A DNA stretch of 64,000 nucleotides from Marinicella sp. (GTDB taxonomy: Bacteria; Pseudomonadota; Gammaproteobacteria; Xanthomonadales; Marinicellaceae), in NCBI GenBank assembly GCA_965230295.1, contig OZ246001.1, positions 2,048,001 through 2,112,000 of the forward strand. Reading direction: 5' to 3'. The notes beneath the pieces are model-generated. The model had not been told where the DNA came from and did no database searches. It worked only from the letters and a program-made list of their open reading frames with translations. Positions 19,215 to 28,500 of this stretch are shown in pieces (the first letter of the stretch is position 1; each line of letters starts with the position of its first letter). The translations under genes and the position numbers were made by a program.

Positions 19215-20439
19215 CGTTTCGACTCCGCAAATCATTGACAATTTCCTGGTAGCTGACCCCTTTGGATTTGGCCATCACCAGGGTAAAAAACAGCAGGTCT
19301 GCTGCTTCCCAACGCACATGGTTATGCTCGGTGGCTTCAATCAACTCATCACATTCTTCTTTCAGTTTTTCTATTTGCAAGGCTTCACTGGCAAACAGTT
19401 TCTGACTGAATGATTGGGTTTCTGTTGTAGCCATGCGTTGTTCAAACACTTCATCCAGGTAATCCAAAGAATAGTTCCTGGTTTGGCTGGCAAAACAAGA
19501 GTACCGATCAAAATGGCAAGCGTTGCGGTTCTGCTCAACCAAAAAAAGCAAGGTGTCACCGTCACAATCCACATCCACCTGGATCAGCTTTTGGGTGTTA
19601 CTGCTGGTCAAACCCTTGGTCCACAGTTCATTTCTGGAACGGGAAAAATAGGTGCCGGTGCGATTTTCCAATGCATGTTCTAGTGATTCAGCGGAAGAGT
19701 AAGCCATCATCAAGACTTTGTTGGTCTTTACATCTTGAACCACAGTTGGGATCAATGGCAGTTTGTCAAAATCCACAAGTGACATGAAAGCCTGGTTCAG
19801 TGACATATGCCCTGAGTAAATGGCCATGCCGATTTGAGAATTGGCTCCACGGGCATTGATCCATTGCAAATCTTCATAACTGGTGATGCCACCGGCAACT
19901 GTCACCGGAATCGGCGAGGCTTTGATCACTGCACTGATCCGTTGCTGGTCAATACCCTGCATCATGCCTTCTTTCTTGACCTGGGTGTACAGAAATTCGC
20001 CACAGTTCTGGGCCCAGTCAGCAATGATGTCGAGTACTTTGATGTCTTGGGTTTTCTTCCAGCCGTGGGTGGTGAGAAAATCGTCTTTGGCATCAATGGC
20101 AAAAATCAGCGATTGCCGTGGTAGCTTTTTGACCCAATCCTGACTGGCAGAAGTGCCCAGGATGATTTTGGTGGCGCCGGCTGCCAAATAATTCTTAGCC
20201 GTTTCCAAATCGCGGATGCCACCGCCCACCCGACAGGGACGTTTGCGCAGCAGCTGTTCGATCAGATCTTGATTTGAGCCATGACCCATGGCGGCATCCA
20301 AATCAATGATGGCCACTTCGCCATACATGGCAAATTCTTCCAGCAGTTCGAACACATCATCGCGCTCGATGATCTTTTTATCACCTTGCTGGAGTTGAAC
20401 GGCCTTGCCGCCCATGAGGTCTATTGATGGTATCAGCAT
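19204..20439 (-). CDS. hisA/hisIE: HisA-HisI-HisE fusion (isomerase + PR-AMP cyclohydrolase + PR-ATP pyrophosphatase)
   Basis: N-terminal IPSIDL, DLDAA, VGGGIR; then YFSRSRNELWTKG, DCDGDTLL, ACH; then KLKEECDEL, EAADLLF. Confidence 0.9.
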   Translation of the reverse strand: MLIPSIDLMGGKAVQLQQGDKKIIERDDVFELLEEFAMYGEVAIIDLDAAMGHGSNQDLIEQLLRKRPCRVGGGIRDLETAKNYLAAGATKIILGTSASQDWVKKLPRQSLIFAIDAKDDFLTTHGWKKTQDIKVLDIIADWAQNCGEFLYTQVKKEGMMQGIDQQRISAVIKASPIPVTVAGGITSYEDLQWINARGANSQIGMAIYSGHMSLNQAFMSLVDFDKLPLIPTVVQDVKTNKVLMMAYSSAESLEHALENRTGTYFSRSRNELWTKGLTSSNTQKLIQVDVDCDGDTLLFLVEQNRNACHFDRYSCFASQTRNYSLDYLDEVFEQRMATTETQSFSQKLFASEALQIEKLKEECDELIEATEHNHVRWEAADLLFFTLVMAKSKGVSYQEIVNDLRSRNDER

Positions 20440-20461
20440 ACTTTCTCCTTACCAGAGCCAT

Positions 20462-20523
20462 CGTCATTACCCGGCTTGACCGGGTAATCCATAGCGAAGC
20501 GGGTTCGAACGAAGTTCGAAAAT
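20462..20523. repeat. REP-like palindrome between hisF and hisA
   Basis: GTCATTACCCGGCTTGACCGGGTAATCCA plus TTCGAAC..GTTCGAA; near-copy at 48467-48529. Confidence 0.75.
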
Positions 20524-20560
20524 ATCATTGTCATTCTTTGTTCAGGTTTCATATTCTGAG

Positions 20561-21355
20561 TTAATCCAAAGTGTTTCTGACTTTAATGTTGTTGTTGATT
20601 AGAAATTCTTTGATCTGCCCCACGGTGTATTCGCCACGGTGGAACAAACCTGCGGCCAAAACCGCATCAGCACCGGCATGAATCGCGTCTAAAAAGTCTT
20701 GTGGACCATTGGCGCCACCTGATGCAATCACTTGTACTGGAAAGTCAGCGCCGAATTGTGCCAGTAAATTGGTGTCAAATCCACTGCCAGTGCCATCTTT
20801 GTGCATGGCAGTGAGCAAAATCTCACCTGCACCGCGGTCAACGACCTCTTTGATCCAGCCGTGGTAGTCCACTTCGGCCCGCCGAGAACCGCCATGGGTG
20901 TAGATGGCCAACTCCCCATTGGCTTCATGGTTCACATCCACCGCCACCACGATACTTTGGGAGCCATATTGGGTAGAAATTTGATTGATCAGTTCGGGTT
21001 TTTCGACGGCCATGGTGTTTAGGGTCACTTTATCGGCACCGGCATGAAAGAACTTGTGCACGTCATCCAGGGTTTTGATACCACCACCCACAGCAAAGGG
21101 AATGGATAAATGGGTGGCCACTTGATAAACCATGTCGAGAGCCGATTGTTGACCGTCAACAGAAGCCTTGATGTCCAGGAAAATCAGTTCATCGGCACCT
21201 TGTTGTTCATACATTTTGGCCAACTCAACCGGATCACCCATGTCTAACAATTCTTTGAAATTGGTGCCTTTGACGACCCGTCCATAGGCCACATCCAGGC
21301 ATGGAATGATCCTTGCAGTGAGGTCAGAGTTTGAGTTATTGTCATTGACATACAT
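20561..21355 (-). CDS. hisF: Imidazole glycerol phosphate synthase cyclase subunit
   Basis: RIIPCLDV, GDPVELA, GADELIFLDI, GAGEILLT, VIASGG. Confidence 0.95.
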   Translation of the reverse strand: MYVNDNNSNSDLTARIIPCLDVAYGRVVKGTNFKELLDMGDPVELAKMYEQQGADELIFLDIKASVDGQQSALDMVYQVATHLSIPFAVGGGIKTLDDVHKFFHAGADKVTLNTMAVEKPELINQISTQYGSQSIVVAVDVNHEANGELAIYTHGGSRRAEVDYHGWIKEVVDRGAGEILLTAMHKDGTGSGFDTNLLAQFGADFPVQVIASGGANGPQDFLDAIHAGADAVLAAGLFHRGEYTVGQIKEFLINNNIKVRNTLD

Positions 21356-21947
21356 GTTTGATCAGCTCCCTACCAAAAACACCGGATTTTTCCGGGTGAA
21401 ATTGAAATCCGTATAAATTGCCACGTTGCACCGAAGCACAAAACGCATCACCGTAATTAACTTTGGCGGTGGCGAATGGACATTCAGTGATGGCATAAGA
21501 ATTGACGAAATAAGCATACTGGTTTTTTAAGGTCAGTTTGTATGAATTCAGTTTGGCCCAGCCCACCATTGGTGTTTTGGGGTGCGGTAACCGGTGACAA
21601 CGGCCTGGAAATAACCCAAGGCCTTTGGCTTCAGGGTCTTCATCACTGCCCTCAAACAACACTTGCATGCCGACACATATACCAATCAGGCGTTTGCCAT
21701 TGCGGACCCATTCCAATAAAAATTCACGCCAACCATTTTGATCAATCTGATTCATCACGAAAGCAAAGCGCCCTTGGCCTGGCATCACCAAAACATCCAG
21801 CTCGGTGAGGTATTCTGCTTTGGGTTGTTTTAAGGTTTGTAACTCACAATCGGCCACTTCAATGGCGGTTTGCATACTCAGCAAGTTACCTGAGTTCAAA
21901 TCAATCACGCCCACACGGGTTTTGGGCTTGCTGAGGTCTTTGGTCAT
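21342..21947 (-). CDS. hisH: Imidazole glycerol phosphate synthase glutaminase subunit
   Basis: PGQG, GICVGMQ, QFHPEKSG. Confidence 0.95.
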   Translation of the reverse strand: MTKDLSKPKTRVGVIDLNSGNLLSMQTAIEVADCELQTLKQPKAEYLTELDVLVMPGQGRFAFVMNQIDQNGWREFLLEWVRNGKRLIGICVGMQVLFEGSDEDPEAKGLGLFPGRCHRLPHPKTPMVGWAKLNSYKLTLKNQYAYFVNSYAITECPFATAKVNYGDAFCASVQRGNLYGFQFHPEKSGVFGRELIKHVCQ

Positions 21948-22516
21948 AACACCCCCTTGGTGGAACGCTCACCAGCAACCGGTTGTAAGGCTTCTTTCAT
22001 GGCATAGGCCAGTGCTTTAAAGGCACTTTCCACCAAGTGGTGGTTGTTGCGGAAATATTGGTTTTTCAAGTGCAGGCAGATTTTGCTGTTGATGCTCAAA
22101 GTGTAAAAAAAATGCTCCCACATTTCAGTGTTGATGCCACCGAGTTGAGGCTGTGAAAACGGCAGATCGATCACCGCATAGGGCCGGCCGCACAAGTCCA
22201 CCGCACACATCGTCAAAGCTTCATCCATGGGCAGCAGGCGTTGGCCATAACGTTGGTTGGGTTTGGCCGCTTGCCAAGCTTGGTACAGGGCATCGCCCAA
22301 GCAAATGGCCACATCTTCGATACCGTGGTGGTCATCAACTTCTAAATCTGCTGTGACTTGCAGGTCCATAAACCAACCGGCGTGTGACGCCAGTTGGTCC
22401 AGCATGTGATCAAAAAACGGCAAGCCGGTGTTGATGTTTTTCTTTGAAGGATCACCAGTGATGTCCAAGGACAATTCAATTTGGGTTTCTTTGGTGGCTC
22501 TGGATACCTGAATCAT
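21944..22516 (-). CDS. hisB: Imidazoleglycerol-phosphate dehydratase (monofunctional)
   Basis: FFDHML, DDHHGIED, PMDE, NNHHLVE, STKGVL; no N-terminal phosphatase domain. Confidence 0.95.
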   Translation of the reverse strand: MIQVSRATKETQIELSLDITGDPSKKNINTGLPFFDHMLDQLASHAGWFMDLQVTADLEVDDHHGIEDVAICLGDALYQAWQAAKPNQRYGQRLLPMDEALTMCAVDLCGRPYAVIDLPFSQPQLGGINTEMWEHFFYTLSINSKICLHLKNQYFRNNHHLVESAFKALAYAMKEALQPVAGERSTKGVL

Positions 22517-24150
22517 AATAAAGCCTCTAATTGGTTGATGTTTTCAAGGACCAGATCGGCCCCTGCCTGATATAAATTTTCTTTGGCGGCTGGGTCGGTG
22601 GCACCGATGCCAATACACACACAGCCGGCAGCGTTGCCTGCTTGCATGTCATCAACGGTGTCGCCACAAAACCAAATGCGCTTGGCCTGGCTGTCATCAA
22701 TGACTTGAAACAAACCTTCTGGATCGGGTTTTTGTTGTTCCACATCATCTGCGCTGATGATGTAAGAGGGTTGAATGTTCAGTTGATTGACGCCTTGTTC
22801 GGCTTCCATCCGTGGCCGTCCGGTCACAATGGCGGTGGGTCGTTTGGCTTTAAATACCTGTTGTTTGAGTGGATTCAACAGCAAGTCTTGCTCTTGTTCA
22901 ACCAAACCTGGGGTTTGTCCATCGCCCAAATAGAGAGTTTGGAAGGTATTGACCACCAGTTCATACGGTATGTCAAAGCCGCTTTGCTTAATCAATTCTG
23001 CAGCCAACACCCAATCGTTGTTGAAACCACCTTGGGCCCGGACTGTTTCAATGTCGGTCTGATTGACGCCTTGGCCTGTGAGCTCCTCGACGGTTTTGAT
23101 GATGCATTGATCATAACTCAAAGAAGTGTCTATCAATACCCCATCCATATCAAATGCCAACAACTCAGGTTTGAGTATCAATTTCAATGCTTGCATGAAA
23201 GTATCCATGTACTCAGGAATGGTGAGGCGTATGGCACGTGGCAAACCACCCAGTTCAGTTTTGATCTGGATGCCTTGTTTTTCCATGACCCGGGAAAACA
23301 ATTCTTTTTGTGCTGGGTTGGTTTCGAACAGCACAAAGTTGCCGCGACTGGGGCATACCCGTAATCCCGTTGATTCGAGCAGTTTGACCACCATGGTGCG
23401 ATTGGTCTCAATCGTTTGGCAGTATTCCTTGATTTCATCGCGGGCTTGCCAGGCGGCAGCGGCCAGTTGTAAATTGGCCCGTGAAACATTGAATGGCATG
23501 GCAATTTGCTTGAAACGTTCAATCAACTCAGGTGCACCGAATATGTAACCAATTCGAGCCCCTGCCAGGCCAAAGGCTTTGGAGAAGGTGCGCAAAGTGA
23601 CCAGATTGGGATAGGCGGCATAATCGATGGGCTCAACCTCATTAGCGAACTCTACATAAGCTTCATCCAGAAAAACCCAAGCACCTTTGCTCTCAGCTGT
23701 CTCGATCAGGTCAACCAAGACATCAGCGGCCAAGTATTCACCTGTGGGGTTGTTGGGCCGGGTCAAAATGACCCATTGATTGGCTTGGATATTCGCCTTT
23801 AAGACTTCGGTATCAATGGATAAATCATCGCATGCTGGAACGAAAGTGGTTTGGTTGTTCCAGACTTGTTGGTTGTGGGTGTACTGGCTGAAACAAGGTT
23901 CTGGTACCAACAGTGATTGGTCATTGAGCTTACAATTTTTATAAAGCAGCTCGATGCTTTCATCACCGCCATTGGTCAACATCACGGAACCACTGCTCAG
24001 ACCCATATCGGCTGCCATTTGATTTTCCAGTACGGCTCGATCTGGGTAACACCATAAATCGTCCACTTTCAATTGAAACCGTTTTAACCATTCGGGCTGT
24101 GAATCGGCCCGCTCGTTAAAGTCCAGCTTGAGTTTCACCTCGTTCATCAT
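22513..24150 (-). CDS. hisC: Histidinol-phosphate aminotransferase fused to a HAD phosphatase
   Basis: NGGDE, PNNPTG, DEAY, RTFSKAFGLAGARIG; C-terminal FDMDGVLID, GGFNNDW, KPDPEG, GDTVDD. Confidence 0.9.
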   Translation of the reverse strand: MMNEVKLKLDFNERADSQPEWLKRFQLKVDDLWCYPDRAVLENQMAADMGLSSGSVMLTNGGDESIELLYKNCKLNDQSLLVPEPCFSQYTHNQQVWNNQTTFVPACDDLSIDTEVLKANIQANQWVILTRPNNPTGEYLAADVLVDLIETAESKGAWVFLDEAYVEFANEVEPIDYAAYPNLVTLRTFSKAFGLAGARIGYIFGAPELIERFKQIAMPFNVSRANLQLAAAAWQARDEIKEYCQTIETNRTMVVKLLESTGLRVCPSRGNFVLFETNPAQKELFSRVMEKQGIQIKTELGGLPRAIRLTIPEYMDTFMQALKLILKPELLAFDMDGVLIDTSLSYDQCIIKTVEELTGQGVNQTDIETVRAQGGFNNDWVLAAELIKQSGFDIPYELVVNTFQTLYLGDGQTPGLVEQEQDLLLNPLKQQVFKAKRPTAIVTGRPRMEAEQGVNQLNIQPSYIISADDVEQQKPDPEGLFQVIDDSQAKRIWFCGDTVDDMQAGNAAGCVCIGIGATDPAAKENLYQAGADLVLENINQLEALL

Positions 24151-24999
24151 TCACACCACTTTTCTGATCGGTAATTCCAGGATGTCAGTGGCACCGGCTT
24201 GCTTCAGTTTGGGAATCAAATCTTTGGCTGCACCTTTGGGGATGGCGGCACGTACTGAGTAGGCTTCGGTGTTGAACAATTTACTGACAGTTGGTGATCG
24301 CATGGCAGGTAGTAATGAAACAATTTTTTCAATGTCATTACTTTGGCAATTCATTTCCAGTAAAACGCGTTGTCGGGCATTCATCACGCCGTTGATCAAC
24401 AACAGCATGTCATCAATCACGGCTCTCTTGTCTGGGTCTTCTAAGGCCGCTTTGTTGGCAAAAAACTGGGTGGCACTTTCATACACCACATCACATATTT
24501 TCAAGCGGTTGGCTTTGATGGTGCTGCCGGTGCTGGTGTTATCAATCACCATATCGGCATCTTCAGGTGGGAACACTTCAGTGGCACCATAAGATCGAAT
24601 CAACTGGGCATCGAAGCCTTTGTCTTCGAGGAATTTTTTTGCCAGATTCATGTATTCTGTGGCCACAATGATCTTGCGCTGTTTCAAAGCTTCATAATCC
24701 CAGTCCTCCGGGATACAGGCCACGATTTCGACTGGGTTGAACCCCAAGGGTTTGATGATTTCTACGTTGGCCCCTTGTTCAGCGATCCAGTCCATGCCTG
24801 CAAACCCGATGTCATGTTGGCCCAACTCCACCAATGATGGGATGTTCTGTCCTTTGAGCAATTTGATTTCAAAACGGTTGTCAGAACAGCTGGGACGGTA
24901 ATTGCGCTCATCGCCCATGATGTTGATGCCAATGTCTGACAACAGCTTGAGGATCTCAATTTGTAATTTCCCCTTGGGGATGGCCATTTTAATTTTCAT
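24151..24999 (-). CDS. hisG: ATP phosphoribosyltransferase (long form)
   Basis: AIPKGKL, ATEY, GATE, DNTSTGSTIKANRL, C-terminal regulatory domain. Confidence 0.95.
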   Translation of the reverse strand: MKIKMAIPKGKLQIEILKLLSDIGINIMGDERNYRPSCSDNRFEIKLLKGQNIPSLVELGQHDIGFAGMDWIAEQGANVEIIKPLGFNPVEIVACIPEDWDYEALKQRKIIVATEYMNLAKKFLEDKGFDAQLIRSYGATEVFPPEDADMVIDNTSTGSTIKANRLKICDVVYESATQFFANKAALEDPDKRAVIDDMLLLINGVMNARQRVLLEMNCQSNDIEKIVSLLPAMRSPTVSKLFNTEAYSVRAAIPKGAAKDLIPKLKQAGATDILELPIRKVV

Positions 25000-25048
25000 G
25001 ATGTTTTCTCAGTATTTTTTTGTTCGATTCAGGCCCTTTATGTAAGCC

Positions 25049-25076
25049 AAAAAAAACCCCGTCTTTTCGACGGGGC
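25049..25076 (-). terminator. Attenuator terminator 2 (hisG-proximal)
   Basis: GCCCCGTC-GAAAA-GACGGGGT followed by a T run on the minus strand. Confidence 0.9.
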
Positions 25077-25097
25077 TTCGTGAATAAAATGCGAATT

Positions 25098-25163
25098 TCA
25101 GCAGCGCCGTCTCAATATGTCGGTCAAATGATGATGATCCATTATTGGTTGATTGTTTTTCAT
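25098..25163 (-). CDS. hisL: His leader peptide 2 (MKNNQPIMDHHHLTDILRRRC)
   Basis: Three tandem CAT codons; ends about 20 nt before terminator 2; GACGG in its 3' end can pair with CCGTC of the terminator; no clear SD. Confidence 0.75.
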   Translation of the reverse strand: MKNNQPIMDHHHLTDILRRRC

Positions 25164-25185
25164 GTTAATTCAGTAATTTCAGTCC

Positions 25186-25219
25186 AAAAAAAAGCCCCGT
25201 TTGATGTAACGGGGCTTTT
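25186..25219 (-). terminator. Attenuator terminator 1 (promoter-proximal)
   Basis: AAAAGCCCCGTT-ACATCA-AACGGGGCTTTTTTTT on the minus strand. Confidence 0.9.
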
Positions 25220-25244
25220 ATAAGAATTCTTTTTCAAATTGGCA

Positions 25245-25304
25245 CTAAGCCACCCCGTTGTCAGTTAACGCATGGTGATGGGTATGTGCAAATCTTGTGT
25301 TCAT
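25245..25304 (-). CDS. hisL: His leader peptide 1 (MNTRFAHTHHHALTDNGVA)
   Basis: Four His codons (HTHHH); AACGGGG in its 3' end pairs with CCCCGTT of terminator 1; in-frame ATG at 25313 lies inside the -10 box. Confidence 0.8.
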   Translation of the reverse strand: MNTRFAHTHHHALTDNGVA

Positions 25305-25311
25305 GGTTCGC

Positions 25312-25340
25312 ATGTTAGAGAGGTTTGTTGGGTTTGTCAA
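25312..25340 (-). promoter_or_regulatory. sigma70 promoter of the his operon
   Basis: TTGACA-17 bp-TAACAT; 7 nt separate the -10 from the ATG of leader 1. Confidence 0.75.
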
Positions 25341-25542
25341 CGGTTTATTTTAAGTGGATTGACAATTAAATGATTCGTGGACAAAAAATTGTAAAACAGT
25401 TATTCCGAGGCTTGTGCGTGAACTTGCTGTAACAGCCCATCATTGTGTAGTAAAATAAGCTGATCATAAATTGTAGAATGATCCATTGACCATGTATGAG
25501 ATGTAAGGCAATGGATGCTCAACGTAATCAAAAGGATTTGCC

Positions 25543-28500
25543 ATGTCATATTTTTTCCATTATCTGAGACAGCATTTGATGCTGATCGGACTTGTTTTGT
25601 CTACAACTGCTTCCTCTTCCAAACAGTTCAGCCAAATGAATCATGCGCCTATTAACGAAGCGCCTCATGCTGTGAGTGAAAATTCATGGAAGGTTTTGAA
25701 TCAAACCATTCACGATATGAAGTTATTGCCTTCACCTGCAGGCATCGGCTCTGAGGATGCCGGATTTTTCGGTGAAAGCGTTGCTGTTGAAGGAGACCGG
25801 GCTTTGATTGGGGCGCCTGGTGTGCTTGGGCACGGAGTGGTTTTTGTGTTTGATTGGATCGGTGACTCTTGGGTGAAAACCGATGTGTTGGAGCCGGTTG
25901 ATGGGGAAGATGGAGATCAATTTGGTGGCTCTGTGAGTCTTTCCGGTGGGCGTGTTTTGGTCGGCGCCTATCAAGATGATGATTTCGGCAATGCATCAGG
26001 TGCAGCCTATGTATTTGAATTCAATCAAGGGGTGTGGACGCAAACCAATAAATTGTTACCCCAAGATCCAGCAGCCAATGACCATTTTGGCAGGGCCGTG
26101 AGTTTGTTTGCAGATCGTGCTTTGATTGGTTCATCACAGGATGACGACAACAACACCAGTTCTGGGTCTGTCTATGTATTCGATTTGGTCAATGGACAGT
26201 GGAGTGAAACATTCAAGATAAAGCCAGATGATGGGGCTTTCGGTGATGTTTTTGGTTATTCAGTCAGTTTATCCACCGATCGTGCTTTGATTGGTGCCTA
26301 CGGTGATGACGATGAATTCAATCTCTCCGGTTCTGCCTATATTTTTGACTACTTCAATGGCCAATGGTCTCAGACACAGAAATTAACTGCTGCTGATTCT
26401 CAAACCTGGGCAAATTTTGGTTATGCAGTCAGTTTGGATGGAGATCGGGCTTTGGTAGGCGCCTACAATGATGATTCAGGGTTCATCGATTCAGGTTCGG
26501 CTTATGTGTTTGAGTTAGCAGCAGGTGTTTGGGGACAAACAGAAAAACTAACTGCATCTGATCAGGCAGAAAGTGATCGCTTTGGACGTACGGTGATGTT
26601 GTCAGGAGATCGCGCATTGATTGGCAGCCGTGATGACGATGACAATGGCTTGAATTCAGGATCGGCCTATTTATTTGAACTCAATGGAGGTGTTTGGTCC
26701 GAGACCATTAAATTGACCCCCAATGATGGTGCCTTAAGCGATTGGTTTGGTGCAGCTGTAGGGTTGTCGGGTGACCGGGTCATCATCGGTGCCAATGGAG
26801 ACAATGATTTTTTTCCACAGTCTGGGTCAGCCTATTATTTCGCTTTGAATGAGGGAACTTGGTCACAACAACAAAAATTAACCGCGGGTGAAGGCGCTGC
26901 TGCAGATCAATTCGGGTTTTCGGTCAGCATTTCCGGCAACCGCGCTCTGGTTGGCGCCATTTATGACAAGGACAACGGCAACAATTCCGGATCAGCCTAT
27001 ATATTTGAATACAATGACAGCGACTGGATACAAACGGCCAAATTGCTTGCTGCTGATGGCGAACCTTTTGATGTATTTGGGTATTCGGTCAGCTTGTCTG
27101 GAGATCGGGCTTTGGTGGGCGCATTTGGTGAGGATGATCAAGCTGCACAATCAGGGGCCGCTTATATCTTCGAGTTGGATTCAGGGGTGTGGTCGCAGAC
27201 TGCCAAACTAAAGGCAGACAATGCCAGTGCGGATGACTTTTTTGGTTATTCGGTGAGCTTGTCGGGCAGTCGGGCATTGGTGGGCGCCTATCTGGCGGAT
27301 GGCAAAGGCATCACCGATTCAGGTGCCGCTTATATGTATGATCTAGTTGGTGGTATATGGATCCAAACCACAGAATTAAATACAGACGATGCAGAGGTCA
27401 ATGACCGGCTTGGTGTGGCAGTGAGCCTGGATGGAGATCGGGCATTGGTGGGGGCATTTCTTGAGGATGACAATGGCAACAATGCGGGTTCTGCTTATGT
27501 GTTTGATAACAACATGGGAACGTGGAATCAGACGCAGAAATTGTTGGCCAATGATGGGTCGGGCTTTGACCATTTTGGTCGTGCTGTTAGCTTATCAGGC
27601 AACCGGGCTTTGGTTGGTGCTTACTTGGACGACGAGAATGGCACCAATTCAGGTTCTGCCTATGTGTTTGATTTTGATGTTGGTAGTTGGTCTCAGTCGA
27701 GCAAGTTGATGGCTTCTGATGGTGTTTTGGGCGATGAATTTGGTCGTGCCGTAAGCCTTGAAGGTGATCGTGCGCTGGTGGGTGCTTATTTGGATGATGA
27801 TCAGGGCATAGAATCAGGGTCAGCTTATGTATTTGAATTATCTGATGGATCATGGTCTCAACTCAATAAACTGACTGCTGCCGATGGCCAAGCCAATGAC
27901 CAATATGGTTTTTCAGTCAGTCTTGAAGGTGATGCGGCATTGATCGGTGCGTTCTTAACAGATGATCACGGCCTCGACTCAGGATCAGCATACGTGGTGG
28001 ATGTGGTCCCAAAATATACAGTTTCGGTTGATGTATCGGGTTTGGCATCAGGTAACTCGGTGGCGTTCAGGAACAATGGGGTTGATCCTTTATTGGTGTC
28101 GACCAATGGCTTGACCACATTTGTCACACCCATACGTGATGGCAATGCATATGATGTGACTGTCCACCCGCCTCAACCCTCCAATCCAAACCAAATATGT
28201 GTAGTCACAGACCCTATGGGTAGCATCGAATCGGCCGATGTGGTGTTGGATGTTGTTTGTACCACTTTGACATATTTCATTGGTGTGACGGTAACAGGCC
28301 TCGATGACAACAACACAATCGAGTTAACCACCAACATGCAAAGCCTGGTTTTTAACACCAACACCATGATGAATTTTCCATTACCACTGGATGATGGCAC
28401 CGACTATTCAGTGTTGCTCACGGCTCAACCAGTTGATCCAAATCAAACCTGCGTTGTGACCGGTGGCAACAGTGGAAGTAATGATGGTTCAGGCGCCCTC

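Noticed and set aside
22642-23364. Long antisense ORFs (240 aa here; also 836-1429, 37598-38164, 50388-50903)
   Set aside because: Shadow frames opposite well-supported genes, with no motifs
25020-25223. 67-aa plus-strand ORF in the his leader region
   Set aside because: Antisense to the attenuators; its MMMI run is the complement of the His codons
25760-28000. Regularly spaced DNA repeats suggesting a CRISPR or tandem array
   Set aside because: They are degenerate, in-frame FG-GAP protein repeats, not identical repeats with unique spacers
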